From: Planctomycetota bacterium
GTDB lineage: Bacteria; Planctomycetota; UBA8108; SXIK01
DNA length: 64,000 bases
Direction: 5' to 3'
Assembly (NCBI GenBank): GCA_965223265.1
Contig: OZ244999.1
Coordinates: 6,336,001 to 6,400,000, forward strand
This document shows positions 39,133 to 49,760 of the stretch, piece after piece (within the stretch, counting starts at the first letter, position 1; every line of letters starts with the position of its first letter). The notes under the pieces were generated by a model. It saw only the letters and a program-made list of their open reading frames with translations, ran no database searches and was not told the DNA's origin. Both the position numbers and the translations under genes were made by a program.

Positions 39133-42100
39133 ATGGTCGGATCGGTTCCGTCTGGGCGCTACCGTCGCATCGCGCTTGTGAGTGTGTGTGTGCTTGTCGC
39201 CGCGTCGCTCCATGCACAGGCGACGAACACGACCGGACCTGAGACGGAAAAGCGCTTCCCGCCTCTCAAGGTGGCGGACGGCTTCGAAGCCATCCTCTTC
39301 GCTTGCGACCCACTCGTCGAGTACCCTTCCGTGATCGCGCTCGGACCGCGCCAGGGATCCGTGTTCGTCGCGTACGACTACATGACCGGCTTAGGAACCG
39401 AGATCGTCCGGCGCGACGAGGTCCGTTTGGTGCAGGACACGGACCATGACGGTTACGCCGACAAATCTACGCTGTATGCGGACGGATTCAACTCGATCAT
39501 GGGTCTTGCGTCGCGCGGCGACGCGCTCTACGTGATGCACGCACCCTATTTGACCCTCCTGCGTGATGCGAACGGCGATTCTCAACCTGAGGAGCGCCGC
39601 CATCTGCTGCGCGGGCTCGGCCTCACCCCGGCGGAAAACCCGGTTCGTTTGCACTGCGCCAATGGCGTCACGGTGGGCTACGACGGGTGGCTCTACCTCG
39701 CGCTCGGCGATCACGGGTGCGATGTCGTGCGACCGGAGGGCGATCGTCTCCGCCTCGAAGGCGGCGGCATCCTCCGGTGTCGGCTCGACGGCAGCGACCT
39801 TCACGTGTTCTCCCGTGGTCTACGCAACATCTACGACGTCGCGTTGGACTCTGACTTGAACGTGTTTGTCCGCGACAATGAAAACGACGGCGGCGATTAC
39901 ATGAACCGCGTCTACCACTCTTTCTTCGGCGCCGACCATGGATATCCGTATGACTACTACGAACGCCCCCACATGACACTCCGCCCGCTCATCGACGTCG
40001 GTCGTGGGTCGTCCGCAGGCGGAGTCGCGTACCTGGAGACATCGTTTCCGCCGGCGTTTCATTCGGGCCTGATTTTTTGTGAATGGGGACGCGCAGTTGT
40101 TCACTACCCCCTAACACAAAGAGGTAGCAGTTTCGGCCCAACGACTGAATCGGATCTCGTCGCGGGCAGTTCGCTGGATCCCTACGGTTTTCGCCCGACG
40201 AGCTTGGTCGTCGATCGAGACGGTTCGCTTCTCATTTCTGACTGGGCGGACGGTCAACGTCCTCGGCGTGGGCGCGGCCGCATCTACCGCCTCCGGCATA
40301 CGGGGAGCGTGCACGACGCCGAACAGGAACCCTCGCTCGCGTCGACGCCAGCGGCAACGTTGCCCGAGGAGCGTTTCGAGCGCCTCGGAGCCGCCAGTTA
40401 CCACGAGCGATTCGCGGCGCAACTAGCCATCGAAGCGCGTGGTGACGCAGCGATCGAGGCCGTCGCTCAGGCGCTTGCTGACGGTTCCCTCACGACGGTC
40501 GGTGAACTACACGCTGTATGGATCCTGACGCAAGCACGCGGCACCGAGGCACTCGAAACGCTCTTGAGCGTCGCTCAACAGACAGACCGCTCTCCCAGAG
40601 TTCGAGTGGCGGCGGTACGGGCGATCGCGGACCTGGCCGACCCGGTCCTCGTACAAGACCGCCTCGGCGCAAGAGGCGACGGTCACGCGGTCACCGAAAA
40701 GCTCGCGGCGCTGGAGGTCGCGCCAGGTGACTCCCGTCTACGCCGCGAGTTGATCCTCGCATTTGGCCGCATCCATTGGCCAGGTCTTCCCTCGTGGCTT
40801 GCGGAACGGATGACACCAGATAGTGATGCAACCAGTGACGACGCTTTGCAGCATGCGGCGATGTTCGCGCTGCGGCAGTCCAAGAACTGGTCGGCGCTTT
40901 TAAGATTCCTGGACCTACCGCGCGGGGCTCCGACGCGTCGTTTGGCGCTTCAAGCACTCGACGGTCAGTACAGTTCGGCGGTGACGAACGGCCTCGTCGA
41001 GCGCCTAGAAGCGGAAAGGCGTGGCGATCGTCAACGGGAGTACACGGAGATACTAGCGCGTCTCTATAAGAAGCCAGGACTCTGGAAATACTGGGGATAC
41101 AGACCACCGCCACGACCCGCCCACACCGAGGCATGGGCAGGAACGACCTCCATCCGCGCCGCTCTCGACGCCACATTGGCGCGATGTGGCGTCGATGACC
41201 GGGTGTATGTCCTTGAGCGACTGGTGCGCGAAGCTGTTCCTGTGCGCGTCGACCAGGTCGCGACGTGGCTTGACGCCGAGCGCCGCGCCGACCGCGTCCT
41301 CACTATTCTTTCTGCCTTGGAGAACCAGCCGCTTTCACAGACCAGGGAGCCGCTCCATGCAGTTGTCACATCCACGGAACAGGAGGAGAGCATCCGTCTC
41401 AAGGCTCTTGCGATGCTGCGCGCCGACTGGGACAACACTCCCACATCGCTACTCAAGCTAGCGATGACGATCGAACCAGGTGCAGTCCTGGTCGAGACGC
41501 TCCGCGAACTTTCTCGCCGCCCTCAACTCGACAGCCGCGAGATCGTCCACGGCCATCTGAGCTCACAGTCCGCAGCGGTTCGAGCCGCAGCGGTCGAAAC
41601 ACTCGCTGTGCTGAACGATGTCGACAGTGGCGGCGCAGCTCTGGGTCTGCTGTCAGATCCAAATGAAAGTGTACGCGTCGCGGCGGCTCGTGCACTCGGT
41701 ACTCTACAAGTTACCGAAGCAGCTGACGGTCTTCTTGCCGTCGCTCTCGAACAATCGCCGCTGCTGCGAAGTGCCGCTTTCGAGTCACTTGCCAAGCTCC
41801 GCGACCCGCGCGTCGTCCCATTGCTCGAAGGGGCCATCAAGGAAACGCCGGGTGATCACAGTACGCGGCTGGCGGCGGTCGCCGCACTGGGTGAGGTCGG
41901 CGGTGCAGAACAGGTCGGCGCCATCGTCGAAATGGCGCGAACCGACCGTAGCCGTACACTCCACGCGGCGCTCGTTTCAACGCTCGATGTGTGGTCGCGC
42001 CGTGACGGCATCAGCGTCGACACTCGACGCCGAATAGAACACGGGATCGCCAAGGTACTAGGTTTCAGCGGCATCCTTGCGCGCTGGCGGGCATTCGGCC

Positions 42101-43008
42101 CTATGACCGTCACCGCGGCGAACGACCGAATCAGCGATTTGGTGAGCGCGGCGCAGAGAAGCAGCACCAGTGAAACCGACAGCGGGATGGTCATCTTCTC
42201 GCGCGGCGACGAAGGCCGACTACAGCTGCAGGGGTCTAGTGACTCGGCGACCTCTGCGGATGAAAACAGGGAGAGTGAACCGGCGCCAACGGCATGGATC
42301 GTTATGACTGAGGTCGACCGAGGCGAGGCCGCGTCCGTCGAATTTCTTGCGTCCAGCAGCGGCGGACTCGAAGTGTATCTCAACGGCGAGAAGTCTTACG
42401 TGCGCAGTCGACCGGGTCGCTACGAGCGCTACTCGGATCGATTCGCAGCTCAACTCGCGGCTGGAGTAAACCAGATCGTTGTCGTTGCGATGGAATCAGA
42501 GTCTCCATCGACGACTCTACAGATTCAACTGCGCGAACGCGGTGCGAGTGAACGACATGACCGTTTGATGACTTTGGCGCTCACTCGTCGCGGCAACGTC
42601 GACGGCGGCCGCGAAGTCTTCTTCAACGTCGAGAAATCGCAATGTCTCAAATGTCATCGCTTCGGCGATCAAGGCTCGAAGGTTGGCCCAGATTTGACTG
42701 GAGTGGGACGACGCTTTTCGCGCATTCATCTGATCGAGTCGATCCTGGCGCCGAGCCGCACCATCGCGGCAAGTTTTCACACCGAAACCGTTGTCATGAG
42801 GGACGGCACCGTGATCAACGGCGTCAAGGTGGAAGAGGACGGCGATTTCCTGACACTTGGTGATTCGCAGGGGAAGACGCACGTGCTGATCAAAGCAGAC
42901 ATCGAGCTTCGCGAGCGCCAACCGGTGAGCACGATGCCTGAAGGGCTCGAGAAGGCTTTTACAGACAGCGAGTTCGTCGACCTCGTCGCCTTTCTCCTCA
43001 GTCGTTGA
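39133..43008 (+). CDS. PVC-type membrane-bound dehydrogenase-like protein (beta-propeller + HEAT + heme c)
   Basis: G.DGWLY..GD, GLRN.YD, HEAT repeats, and CLKCH...GPDL...ESIL.PS...S.MPEGL. Confidence 0.85.
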   Translation: MVGSVPSGRYRRIALVSVCVLVAASLHAQATNTTGPETEKRFPPLKVADGFEAILFACDPLVEYPSVIALGPRQGSVFVAYDYMTGLGTEIVRRDEVRLVQDTDHDGYADKSTLYADGFNSIMGLASRGDALYVMHAPYLTLLRDANGDSQPEERRHLLRGLGLTPAENPVRLHCANGVTVGYDGWLYLALGDHGCDVVRPEGDRLRLEGGGILRCRLDGSDLHVFSRGLRNIYDVALDSDLNVFVRDNENDGGDYMNRVYHSFFGADHGYPYDYYERPHMTLRPLIDVGRGSSAGGVAYLETSFPPAFHSGLIFCEWGRAVVHYPLTQRGSSFGPTTESDLVAGSSLDPYGFRPTSLVVDRDGSLLISDWADGQRPRRGRGRIYRLRHTGSVHDAEQEPSLASTPAATLPEERFERLGAASYHERFAAQLAIEARGDAAIEAVAQALADGSLTTVGELHAVWILTQARGTEALETLLSVAQQTDRSPRVRVAAVRAIADLADPVLVQDRLGARGDGHAVTEKLAALEVAPGDSRLRRELILAFGRIHWPGLPSWLAERMTPDSDATSDDALQHAAMFALRQSKNWSALLRFLDLPRGAPTRRLALQALDGQYSSAVTNGLVERLEAERRGDRQREYTEILARLYKKPGLWKYWGYRPPPRPAHTEAWAGTTSIRAALDATLARCGVDDRVYVLERLVREAVPVRVDQVATWLDAERRADRVLTILSALENQPLSQTREPLHAVVTSTEQEESIRLKALAMLRADWDNTPTSLLKLAMTIEPGAVLVETLRELSRRPQLDSREIVHGHLSSQSAAVRAAAVETLAVLNDVDSGGAALGLLSDPNESVRVAAARALGTLQVTEAADGLLAVALEQSPLLRSAAFESLAKLRDPRVVPLLEGAIKETPGDHSTRLAAVAALGEVGGAEQVGAIVEMARTDRSRTLHAALVSTLDVWSRRDGISVDTRRRIEHGIAKVLGFSGILARWRAFGPMTVTAANDRISDLVSAAQRSSTSETDSGMVIFSRGDEGRLQLQGSSDSATSADENRESEPAPTAWIVMTEVDRGEAASVEFLASSSGGLEVYLNGEKSYVRSRPGRYERYSDRFAAQLAAGVNQIVVVAMESESPSTTLQIQLRERGASERHDRLMTLALTRRGNVDGGREVFFNVEKSQCLKCHRFGDQGSKVGPDLTGVGRRFSRIHLIESILAPSRTIAASFHTETVVMRDGTVINGVKVEEDGDFLTLGDSQGKTHVLIKADIELRERQPVSTMPEGLEKAFTDSEFVDLVAFLLSR

Positions 43009-43026
43009 CACCTCTCGGGTTCGGCA

Positions 43027-43713
43027 TTAGCCGTCCAACTCGAATCGGTAGCCGATCTCTCGAATCGTGCGGATGCGCCGCGGGCGCTGCGGGTCTGTCT
43101 CAAGTTTGCGCCGCAGCGTGGTGACACAGCGGTCGACACTACGGCTGGTGACAAAGACGTCGTGGCCCCAGACGCGACGCAGAATCTCGTCGCGGGTCAA
43201 GGCTCTGCCGGCGGAGCGCACAAAAAGCTCGAGAAGTGCGAACTCCTTCGGTGTCAGATCGACCGTAGAGCCGTCGCGCGAAAGAGTCCGTGCCCCGAGG
43301 TCAACACGCCAGCCGTCGAACTCATGAACTTCGGATTGGTCTAGTCGTCGACGCCGCAAGAAGGAGTTAGCCCGGGCCAAGAGTTCGTTGATGCTGAACG
43401 GTTTCGTCACGTAGTCGTCCGCGCCGAGATTGAGTCCAAGAACGACATCTGACTCTTGCCCTTTCGCGGAGAGGATGATGATCGGCATCTCGGCGCCCGC
43501 CGACCGGAGGTGCCGGCAGATCTCGTAGCCGTTCACCTTCGGCAGCATGATGTCGAGAACGAGCAGATCGGGTCTCCCCCCAAGAGCCGCGCTCAGTCCG
43601 GCCTCCCCATCAGTCGCGGTGAAAACGACATACCCGGCATGCTCGAAGTTGTCCTTCAACCCCCGAGATAGGACTGGGTCGTCCTCGACGATCAAAACTG
43701 TCTCACCGGCCAT
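43027..43713 (-). CDS. OmpR-family response regulator
   Basis: IVEDD, LDIMLP and GADDYVTKPF; start ATG 43713 (MAGETVLIV). Confidence 0.95.
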   Translation of the reverse strand: MAGETVLIVEDDPVLSRGLKDNFEHAGYVVFTATDGEAGLSAALGGRPDLLVLDIMLPKVNGYEICRHLRSAGAEMPIIILSAKGQESDVVLGLNLGADDYVTKPFSINELLARANSFLRRRRLDQSEVHEFDGWRVDLGARTLSRDGSTVDLTPKEFALLELFVRSAGRALTRDEILRRVWGHDVFVTSRSVDRCVTTLRRKLETDPQRPRRIRTIREIGYRFELDG

Positions 43714-43759
43714 CACACCACCACGCTTTTTCGCGTCGCGAACGGGGTCATCTTCGGCT

Positions 43760-45718
43760 TCATCTTGACTCACCGCTCGCTGCGTTGACCGGAATCTCGA
43801 CGCACGCGGTGGTACCCCCACCTGGCCTGCTAGAGACGTCGACGACGCCTCGATGGGCCTCGACGATGAGTCGAACGATCCCCAGCCCAAGGCCGAACCC
43901 ACTCTGCGCACGCGACAGGCGCTGGTCCCCTTGAAAGAAGCGGTCGAACGCCTTACGCACTACAGGCTTCGACATGCCGATCCCGTTGTCTTCGACGCAG
44001 AAGATGGCTCTATCGTCGCGCTCGGTCACGGTCAAACGTACGCGCTTGTTTTCGCTGGTGTATTTCCACGCGTTATCAAGGAGGTTGACAAGCACCGTGA
44101 CGAGCGCGTCGCGATCCGCTGTGAGAGCCCGAAGGTTCGCGGCGACATCTATGGTCAACTCGCTACCCGGCGCCTCGAAACGGTGGCCGACGGCCGACAG
44201 AGCGTCGGCAACGATCGATTCTGCTTCAACTGCTCCGAAACGAAACGTGTGCCTGCCACGCTCGAGCCGCGAAAAAGTTAAGAAGTTGTCGATCAATCGG
44301 CTCAGTCGCGCGTTCTCCGTCGCAATGAGTTGTAGATACTCAGTGACCTGCGTTTCGTTTTTGGCGCGCCCGGCGAGCAGAGTGTCGACGAGCAGGCGCA
44401 TGGAGGCAAGCGGAGTTTTCAATTCGTGAGAGACGGTGGAGATCAAGTCGCTTTTGAGCTGGGCCAGACGCATTTCGTGGCGCCAGCGACGCAGGAAAAG
44501 CAGTGCGATGGTGAAAATCCCGCCGAGCGCAAGAGCCCCCGTCCAGCCGTGGACGAGTCTCTCCCGCCGTGCGACTTCTTCGAATAAGTCAACTTGATCG
44601 ACCTCGAGCGCAACCTTCCATCCGGGCAGATCGTCGCCGAGACTTGTCTCGACAAAAGCGTTCACGGCGACGTTCGAGGGGGGTTCCAGTCGCAGATGAG
44701 TGCCAGAGATGTGCGGCGCGATGTACGGAATCTCGTCGATCGCGTTCTTCAGCATTCTGATCAAGGTCTCCTCTTCGAAGAGCGCGATGGTGGCGTCGTC
44801 GCCAGAAGGGTTCGGAACGCTGATCTGCCACACGCCTTCGATCGAGCTCGTAGCGAAAACGCTGTGCCCCGCCGGCCTGCTAGAATCTTCGACGTAACGA
44901 AGTGCCAAAATCTCGGCACGCATTGTTGGGAATGATTCGCTGGGTTCCAGTCGTGGCGCGAGCTCCCTCATGAGGAAGAGCCGCTCGGACGCTGACATCG
45001 GAAGACCGGAGTAGTCGTTGACGCGATCGATGAGGCTGCGGCGCAGCGTGTCGCACGCTGTGTCTGACGAGTCCTCGCAAGCTTCAAGCGCGAGAAGTCG
45101 ACCACGCCAGAGCGTCGATCGTCCGTCGGGGTCCACGAGCATTCGCTCTTCCAACTTTGGATCCGACGCTGCGACCAACAGCTGTTCTTTATTACCAACA
45201 CGATGCAAACAGCGCATCATCCCTTCCCACGCTTTCGCCCGAGCGACGAGCGACTGCGCGGAGTGAAAGACACCGCTATAACTTGCCGCGGCAGCGCGGG
45301 CATCGTCGCCCTCAAACTCGAGACGGCGAGCTACCTGAAGCAGCTCGTCGACCGCAGTGGTTTCATCATCTTCGCACTGGCTCAACGTCCGAGGTTCGTA
45401 CGGGTAGGCTACAGATCCATCGCCACGAACGATCACGGCGCCGCTGCAGAGCTCTCGACGAACAAGCGTCGAGAAGTTCTGCAGCGGATTCTCCGCAGTA
45501 TCACCGACTTCGCTGATCGCCTCACGCCATTGCCTGAGAGACTCCGCGACACGATCGCGCCCTTCGTACAGTCGCTGCCAGCAAACGATGCGCAGTTGCT
45601 CGCGGACGGCAAGGTCTCGCGACCGCATCGCTTCGTTCATGAACCAGAGCACGAACGCGGACGGCAGAAGCACAGCTGCAGAGAAGAGCAGTAACGCGGA
45701 GCCGCTTCGGTTCATCAA
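43760..45718 (-). CDS. Membrane sensor histidine kinase
   Basis: Two TM segments; HELKTP, NLLDNAWKY, DNGIG and GFGLGL. Confidence 0.92.
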   Translation of the reverse strand: MMNRSGSALLLFSAAVLLPSAFVLWFMNEAMRSRDLAVREQLRIVCWQRLYEGRDRVAESLRQWREAISEVGDTAENPLQNFSTLVRRELCSGAVIVRGDGSVAYPYEPRTLSQCEDDETTAVDELLQVARRLEFEGDDARAAAASYSGVFHSAQSLVARAKAWEGMMRCLHRVGNKEQLLVAASDPKLEERMLVDPDGRSTLWRGRLLALEACEDSSDTACDTLRRSLIDRVNDYSGLPMSASERLFLMRELAPRLEPSESFPTMRAEILALRYVEDSSRPAGHSVFATSSIEGVWQISVPNPSGDDATIALFEEETLIRMLKNAIDEIPYIAPHISGTHLRLEPPSNVAVNAFVETSLGDDLPGWKVALEVDQVDLFEEVARRERLVHGWTGALALGGIFTIALLFLRRWRHEMRLAQLKSDLISTVSHELKTPLASMRLLVDTLLAGRAKNETQVTEYLQLIATENARLSRLIDNFLTFSRLERGRHTFRFGAVEAESIVADALSAVGHRFEAPGSELTIDVAANLRALTADRDALVTVLVNLLDNAWKYTSENKRVRLTVTERDDRAIFCVEDNGIGMSKPVVRKAFDRFFQGDQRLSRAQSGFGLGLGIVRLIVEAHRGVVDVSSRPGGGTTACVEIPVNAASGESR

Positions 45719-47046
45719 CTCTTCTTTCCGCGCCTCTTCGCGTCGACGAGCCCTCTCTTCGCGTCGGCACTACCGGGTTCGTGCTTGAGCCACTGTTCGT
45801 AGTATCTCGCAGCCTTGGCGTATTCGCCGCGTTCGGCATGCGTCGTCGCCAGCCCGTTGAGTGCGGCAGTCGCGCCGGGCTCGGCAGAGATTGCCTTCTC
45901 CCAGAATTCGATCGCCGCGTCTGCATCGCCTCGACCTTTCGCCAGCCAACCAAGCCCGTTGAGCGCGGGCGCATGCTTCGGCTCGAGCTCGATGCAGCGC
46001 TGGAAAGCTTCCGCTGCATGCTCACGCTTGCCTTGGTTGAGCTGGGACCAACCGAGCCCGTTCCATGCGTTCGCTGCGTCAGGGTTAAGATCGACGGACT
46101 CCTTGAAGGCCGCCTCGGCAGCCGCAAGCTTTCGCTTCTGCCACAGACGCCAACCGGAGGCCGCAAGCTCTTCGGCGCGCAGGCGGTCTGCTTTCGAAAC
46201 CGTGCGCCGTCCGAGGACCTTCTCACCGTGCTTCAGAAGCCGGTAGCGAATCTTGAGGTGGCGAGGCTTGGTCTTGTCGACGAGATCGGTGATCTGTAGT
46301 ACACCGACGCTCCCCTCGCGGGTCTGAAATGAGTAGCTGCGCGGCAACTCACCGAGGGCGCTCAGCACGACCGGTCGACCGGGCTTGGCACCCTCGAGAT
46401 CCTTCTGGATCGACGCGAGTGTCGCGCCGGCGAATCTAGGCGTTGCTAGCGGCAGGCCAATGAAGTCAATTCCGTAGAGCCCTGGACCACTCGGTTTCGT
46501 CTCGCCGATCGCGTCGACGCCTTGAGCGGTGAGGGCGCGTAGACGCTCCACTTCGGTCCCACCTTTCACCTGCCGCGTCAGCACTTCACCACGATCGAAG
46601 TCGATCGCAAACCCCTTCCCGACGCCGTCGTCGTTGACTATGCGTTCGATGACCTCCCCGAGTGGCGGTAGCTTTTCGTCTTGGCTCAACGTCGCGAGTT
46701 TCTTGCGGGCGCGCCGGACAAACTCTTTCTGATCCGGAAAGTCGTCGACGATGTCATTGAGCAGTGACGCCGCCGCGCTCGCCTCGCCGCTCTTGAGGTG
46801 GCACTCCGCCAACCGGTACGTAGCTTCCGCCGCAACGCCGCGGTGCTTTTTCGCCTCATTGAGGATCTTGCGATAGATCTCCATAGCTGCGGCAAGGTCC
46901 CCTTTCGATTCCTCCAGGAACTTGCCCTTTTCAAGACGGACCGCGAGCGAATCGGCAGCGACTGTGTCGGCAAGCAGCGTGGTTGGAAGAGAGACGAACC
47001 AGACAAAGCCCAACGTCGTAATTCTCGCTCTAGGTGACATGAACAT
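45715..47046 (-). CDS. Exported TPR-repeat protein
   Basis: RBS ggaggg, signal peptide, N-terminal TPR (EE.KGDL.AA..IY) and C-terminal TPRs (A.NGLG). Confidence 0.8.
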   Translation of the reverse strand: MFMSPRARITTLGFVWFVSLPTTLLADTVAADSLAVRLEKGKFLEESKGDLAAAMEIYRKILNEAKKHRGVAAEATYRLAECHLKSGEASAAASLLNDIVDDFPDQKEFVRRARKKLATLSQDEKLPPLGEVIERIVNDDGVGKGFAIDFDRGEVLTRQVKGGTEVERLRALTAQGVDAIGETKPSGPGLYGIDFIGLPLATPRFAGATLASIQKDLEGAKPGRPVVLSALGELPRSYSFQTREGSVGVLQITDLVDKTKPRHLKIRYRLLKHGEKVLGRRTVSKADRLRAEELAASGWRLWQKRKLAAAEAAFKESVDLNPDAANAWNGLGWSQLNQGKREHAAEAFQRCIELEPKHAPALNGLGWLAKGRGDADAAIEFWEKAISAEPGATAALNGLATTHAERGEYAKAARYYEQWLKHEPGSADAKRGLVDAKRRGKKS

Positions 47047-47145
47047 AACGCCCTCCAGTAGGGTATGGATCTGGTGAGTAGAAAATCCACGGACTCACTG
47101 CGGTGCGCACCGGCAAGCTCACTGCAAGAACCATACAGGGCTCAT

Positions 47146-47171
47146 GTTACCGAATCGTGACCTCGAGGTGA
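47146..47171 (-). promoter_or_regulatory. Putative PhoB/OmpR-type box
   Basis: Minus-strand TCAC/TCAC/TAAC half-sites (+ strand gtga 47168, gtga 47157, gtta 47146) with an exact 11-bp period, about 100-125 bp upstream of the TPR gene. Confidence 0.45.
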
Positions 47172-47257
47172 TTTTCTGTGCCGATTTCCGAGCTCGTTGG
47201 CCGCGGCAGGTACGGCGTTGCTGCAGGCAGCGAGCGGTCGTTTTTCGATGACCGAAA

Positions 47258-49663
47258 ATGCCCAAGGGGCTACACTCGCTCTTAGGGAAGGTTGGAGAGC
47301 GCGCACGGTCTCAGCTCTTTCGGAGGTTCACGGCGATGCCTGTGACACGACGGCTTGGATCCCACGTGCGTCTCGGTTTGGCGGCGGTCATGCTCGTCGG
47401 CTCTGCAGCGCACGCCGAAGACTGCAACGACAACGGCATCGATGACGCCGTTGAGATTTCTGAGGAAACCAGCCCCGACTGTAACGGCAACGGCGTCCCC
47501 GACGCGTGCGATCTACAGATCGTCGGCGAGCGGTACGTCGAGGGCCATATTTTGGGAACAGTCCCCAGAGACCTCACCATCAGCGACCTCGACCGAGACG
47601 GCGACGACGATTTCGTCCTGGTGAATCGAGAACAGTTCGAGATCATCCTCACACGTGGAGATGGCACTTTCGCCGCACCGGTTTCGTACCCCCTCGACAC
47701 TGGCCCGATCGACAGCTTTTCCCATGGCGTCGTCGCTGAAGTGACGGGCGACGAATTCTCCGACGTCGTCATCCGCAATCGAAGGTTCGATGAAGCTCTC
47801 GACGACAAAATCGAGCAGATCTTCGTTTTTCCCGGACTCGGAGAGGGCACGCTCGGCGAGCCACTCACCGTGAGCTCGTCATCGGATGTGTCGCGAGGCA
47901 TCCTGGTTGGCGATATGAACAGAGATACCCTCGACGACATCTTACTCCTGCGTGATCTGGTCAGCGTCTCCGTACTCCTCAATCGCGGCGACGGACAGTT
48001 CGACGCGCAGCCCGCGTGGGAGTTTGCACCTGAGATCAGGGCGGCACTTCTGATCAACGTCGTTGGCGACGAGAGTCCGGAAATCGTCGTCAGAAACAGC
48101 GATGAGAACCTCATCGTTCTCAGCAGCGAGGGCGACGGCACGTTCACACCGAGTGGTGATGAGGTCTTCATTGGCGAGCGTTTTTCATTCCAGGCGATCG
48201 ATTTCGACCTTGACGGTGTGAGTGAGCTTCTGATCTCGAACTCCTCTGAAACAGCCATCTATCGAAACGACTCCGGCACCTTTGTGCGCGAGCAATCGAT
48301 TGCCGGAGCCTCGGCGGATTCACGCGCCGTCGACGTCGACGACGACGGCGACATGGACCTCGTGCACCTCTCCGGTGATGAAAATGACTATAGAATCACG
48401 GTTTTGACGAATGAGGGGCTCGGAGTGTTTCAGCCCTCCGACGTTATGTTTCACGTCCTTCCTCGAGTGATCCCCCCCATCCGTGCGGTGCCGTTTCGCC
48501 GCGGAGCCTCCGAAACCAGCGGTCTCCTCGTTGAATACGGACCCGAATTCGGCTCGAGGACCTCCCGTATCCTCGAGCTCCAACCCTATCCTCGCAGTGA
48601 AGATTGCAATCAGAACGGTGTTCCAGATGAGTGCGAACGCGAGCTGAGAGACTGCCGTGATTGCAACGACAACGGCGTGCCCGACGCTAACGACGTCGCC
48701 TCCGGCGAGAGCGTCGACGCCAACGGCAACGGCGTTCCAGACTCGTGTGAGCCCCACCTACCGCAGTTCGAACTGCGGTACGACGCGCCGAACTGGGTCC
48801 AGGGAGACCCCGGCGCAACCATCGAATTTCCGGTTATCGTGAAACTCCACTCGGCTGGTTTCCCGGCAGGCGAACCCGGCGCCGACCAATGGGTAATGAC
48901 CCTCACCGCTGAGTCGGCAGCGTTCGTGGATTTCAGCGTCGACGGGACCATCGCCGCTCCCGAACCGGAAGGGCTGCTCTCCGGTGGAATACTCAACGTC
49001 GGGTTCTTGCCAGTTCCTCCCCGTTCTTTCTGTCGACCCGAGGCTCAGGTAAGCAATGAGTGCCTGCTTTCGTTTGACCCACAGGTCTCTACGGACATCA
49101 CCGCGAGCCCCAGCCCCGTTCTGCGCTTGACGGTCAGGACGACCGCCCCAACTGACGGCGTCGGAGTGGCCCGGCTCGGATTCACCACCGAGATCTGTTG
49201 CTGCGGTCCCATCCTGACCGACGAGCCTCCTGTTCGAAGCGACGCTGACAGCTCGGACGGCGCCGGTGGTACTGGCGGCCTCATTCGTCCGGGCGTGAAT
49301 CGCCTCGGCAGAAGCGTGGACGCCTCCTTTCACTCTAAGGAGATCCTGATCTACGGCGTCAAAACAAAGTTCTTCCGCGGCGACGCCAACGACGACGGCA
49401 GCCTCGATGTCAGCGATCCTATCGTGATCCTGAACAAGCTCTTTGTCGGCGGCGTCGAGCTGCCGTGCCGCGACGCAGCCGACGGCAACGACGACGGCCA
49501 GGTCGATATCTCCGATCCGATCTTCCTCCTGACGCGTCTGTTCGTCGGCGGCGTCGAGCCCATCCCCGCGCCGGGACCGCCGGGACCCGACGCCGAGTGC
49601 GACGTCGACCCGGGTGAGTCTGACGGCCAGGGGTGCGCGGTTTATACGAGCTGCGGCGGGTAA
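47258..49663 (+). CDS. Exported FG-GAP-repeat protein with DCNxNG repeats, a cohesin-like region and a C-terminal dockerin-like domain
   Basis: DLDRDGDDD and DVDDDGDMD, DCN.NGVPD.C repeats, FFRGDANDDG..D.SDPI. The true start may be downstream. Confidence 0.75.
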   Translation: MPKGLHSLLGKVGERARSQLFRRFTAMPVTRRLGSHVRLGLAAVMLVGSAAHAEDCNDNGIDDAVEISEETSPDCNGNGVPDACDLQIVGERYVEGHILGTVPRDLTISDLDRDGDDDFVLVNREQFEIILTRGDGTFAAPVSYPLDTGPIDSFSHGVVAEVTGDEFSDVVIRNRRFDEALDDKIEQIFVFPGLGEGTLGEPLTVSSSSDVSRGILVGDMNRDTLDDILLLRDLVSVSVLLNRGDGQFDAQPAWEFAPEIRAALLINVVGDESPEIVVRNSDENLIVLSSEGDGTFTPSGDEVFIGERFSFQAIDFDLDGVSELLISNSSETAIYRNDSGTFVREQSIAGASADSRAVDVDDDGDMDLVHLSGDENDYRITVLTNEGLGVFQPSDVMFHVLPRVIPPIRAVPFRRGASETSGLLVEYGPEFGSRTSRILELQPYPRSEDCNQNGVPDECERELRDCRDCNDNGVPDANDVASGESVDANGNGVPDSCEPHLPQFELRYDAPNWVQGDPGATIEFPVIVKLHSAGFPAGEPGADQWVMTLTAESAAFVDFSVDGTIAAPEPEGLLSGGILNVGFLPVPPRSFCRPEAQVSNECLLSFDPQVSTDITASPSPVLRLTVRTTAPTDGVGVARLGFTTEICCCGPILTDEPPVRSDADSSDGAGGTGGLIRPGVNRLGRSVDASFHSKEILIYGVKTKFFRGDANDDGSLDVSDPIVILNKLFVGGVELPCRDAADGNDDGQVDISDPIFLLTRLFVGGVEPIPAPGPPGPDAECDVDPGESDGQGCAVYTSCGG

Positions 49664-49760
49664 ACCGCTCCTTCGGCGCATCGTTGCCGCCGAGGGTCGT
49701 GTCGCGGCGGATGCGCGTGCGAAATGGTTCCGACCCAGAATCGCCCGAGCGAACAGGTCG

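Noticed and set aside
47311-48258. Long antisense ORFs (also 9413-10363, 12538-13389, 25036-26115, 48758-49825)
   Set aside because: They are shadow frames of well-supported genes in GC-rich DNA.
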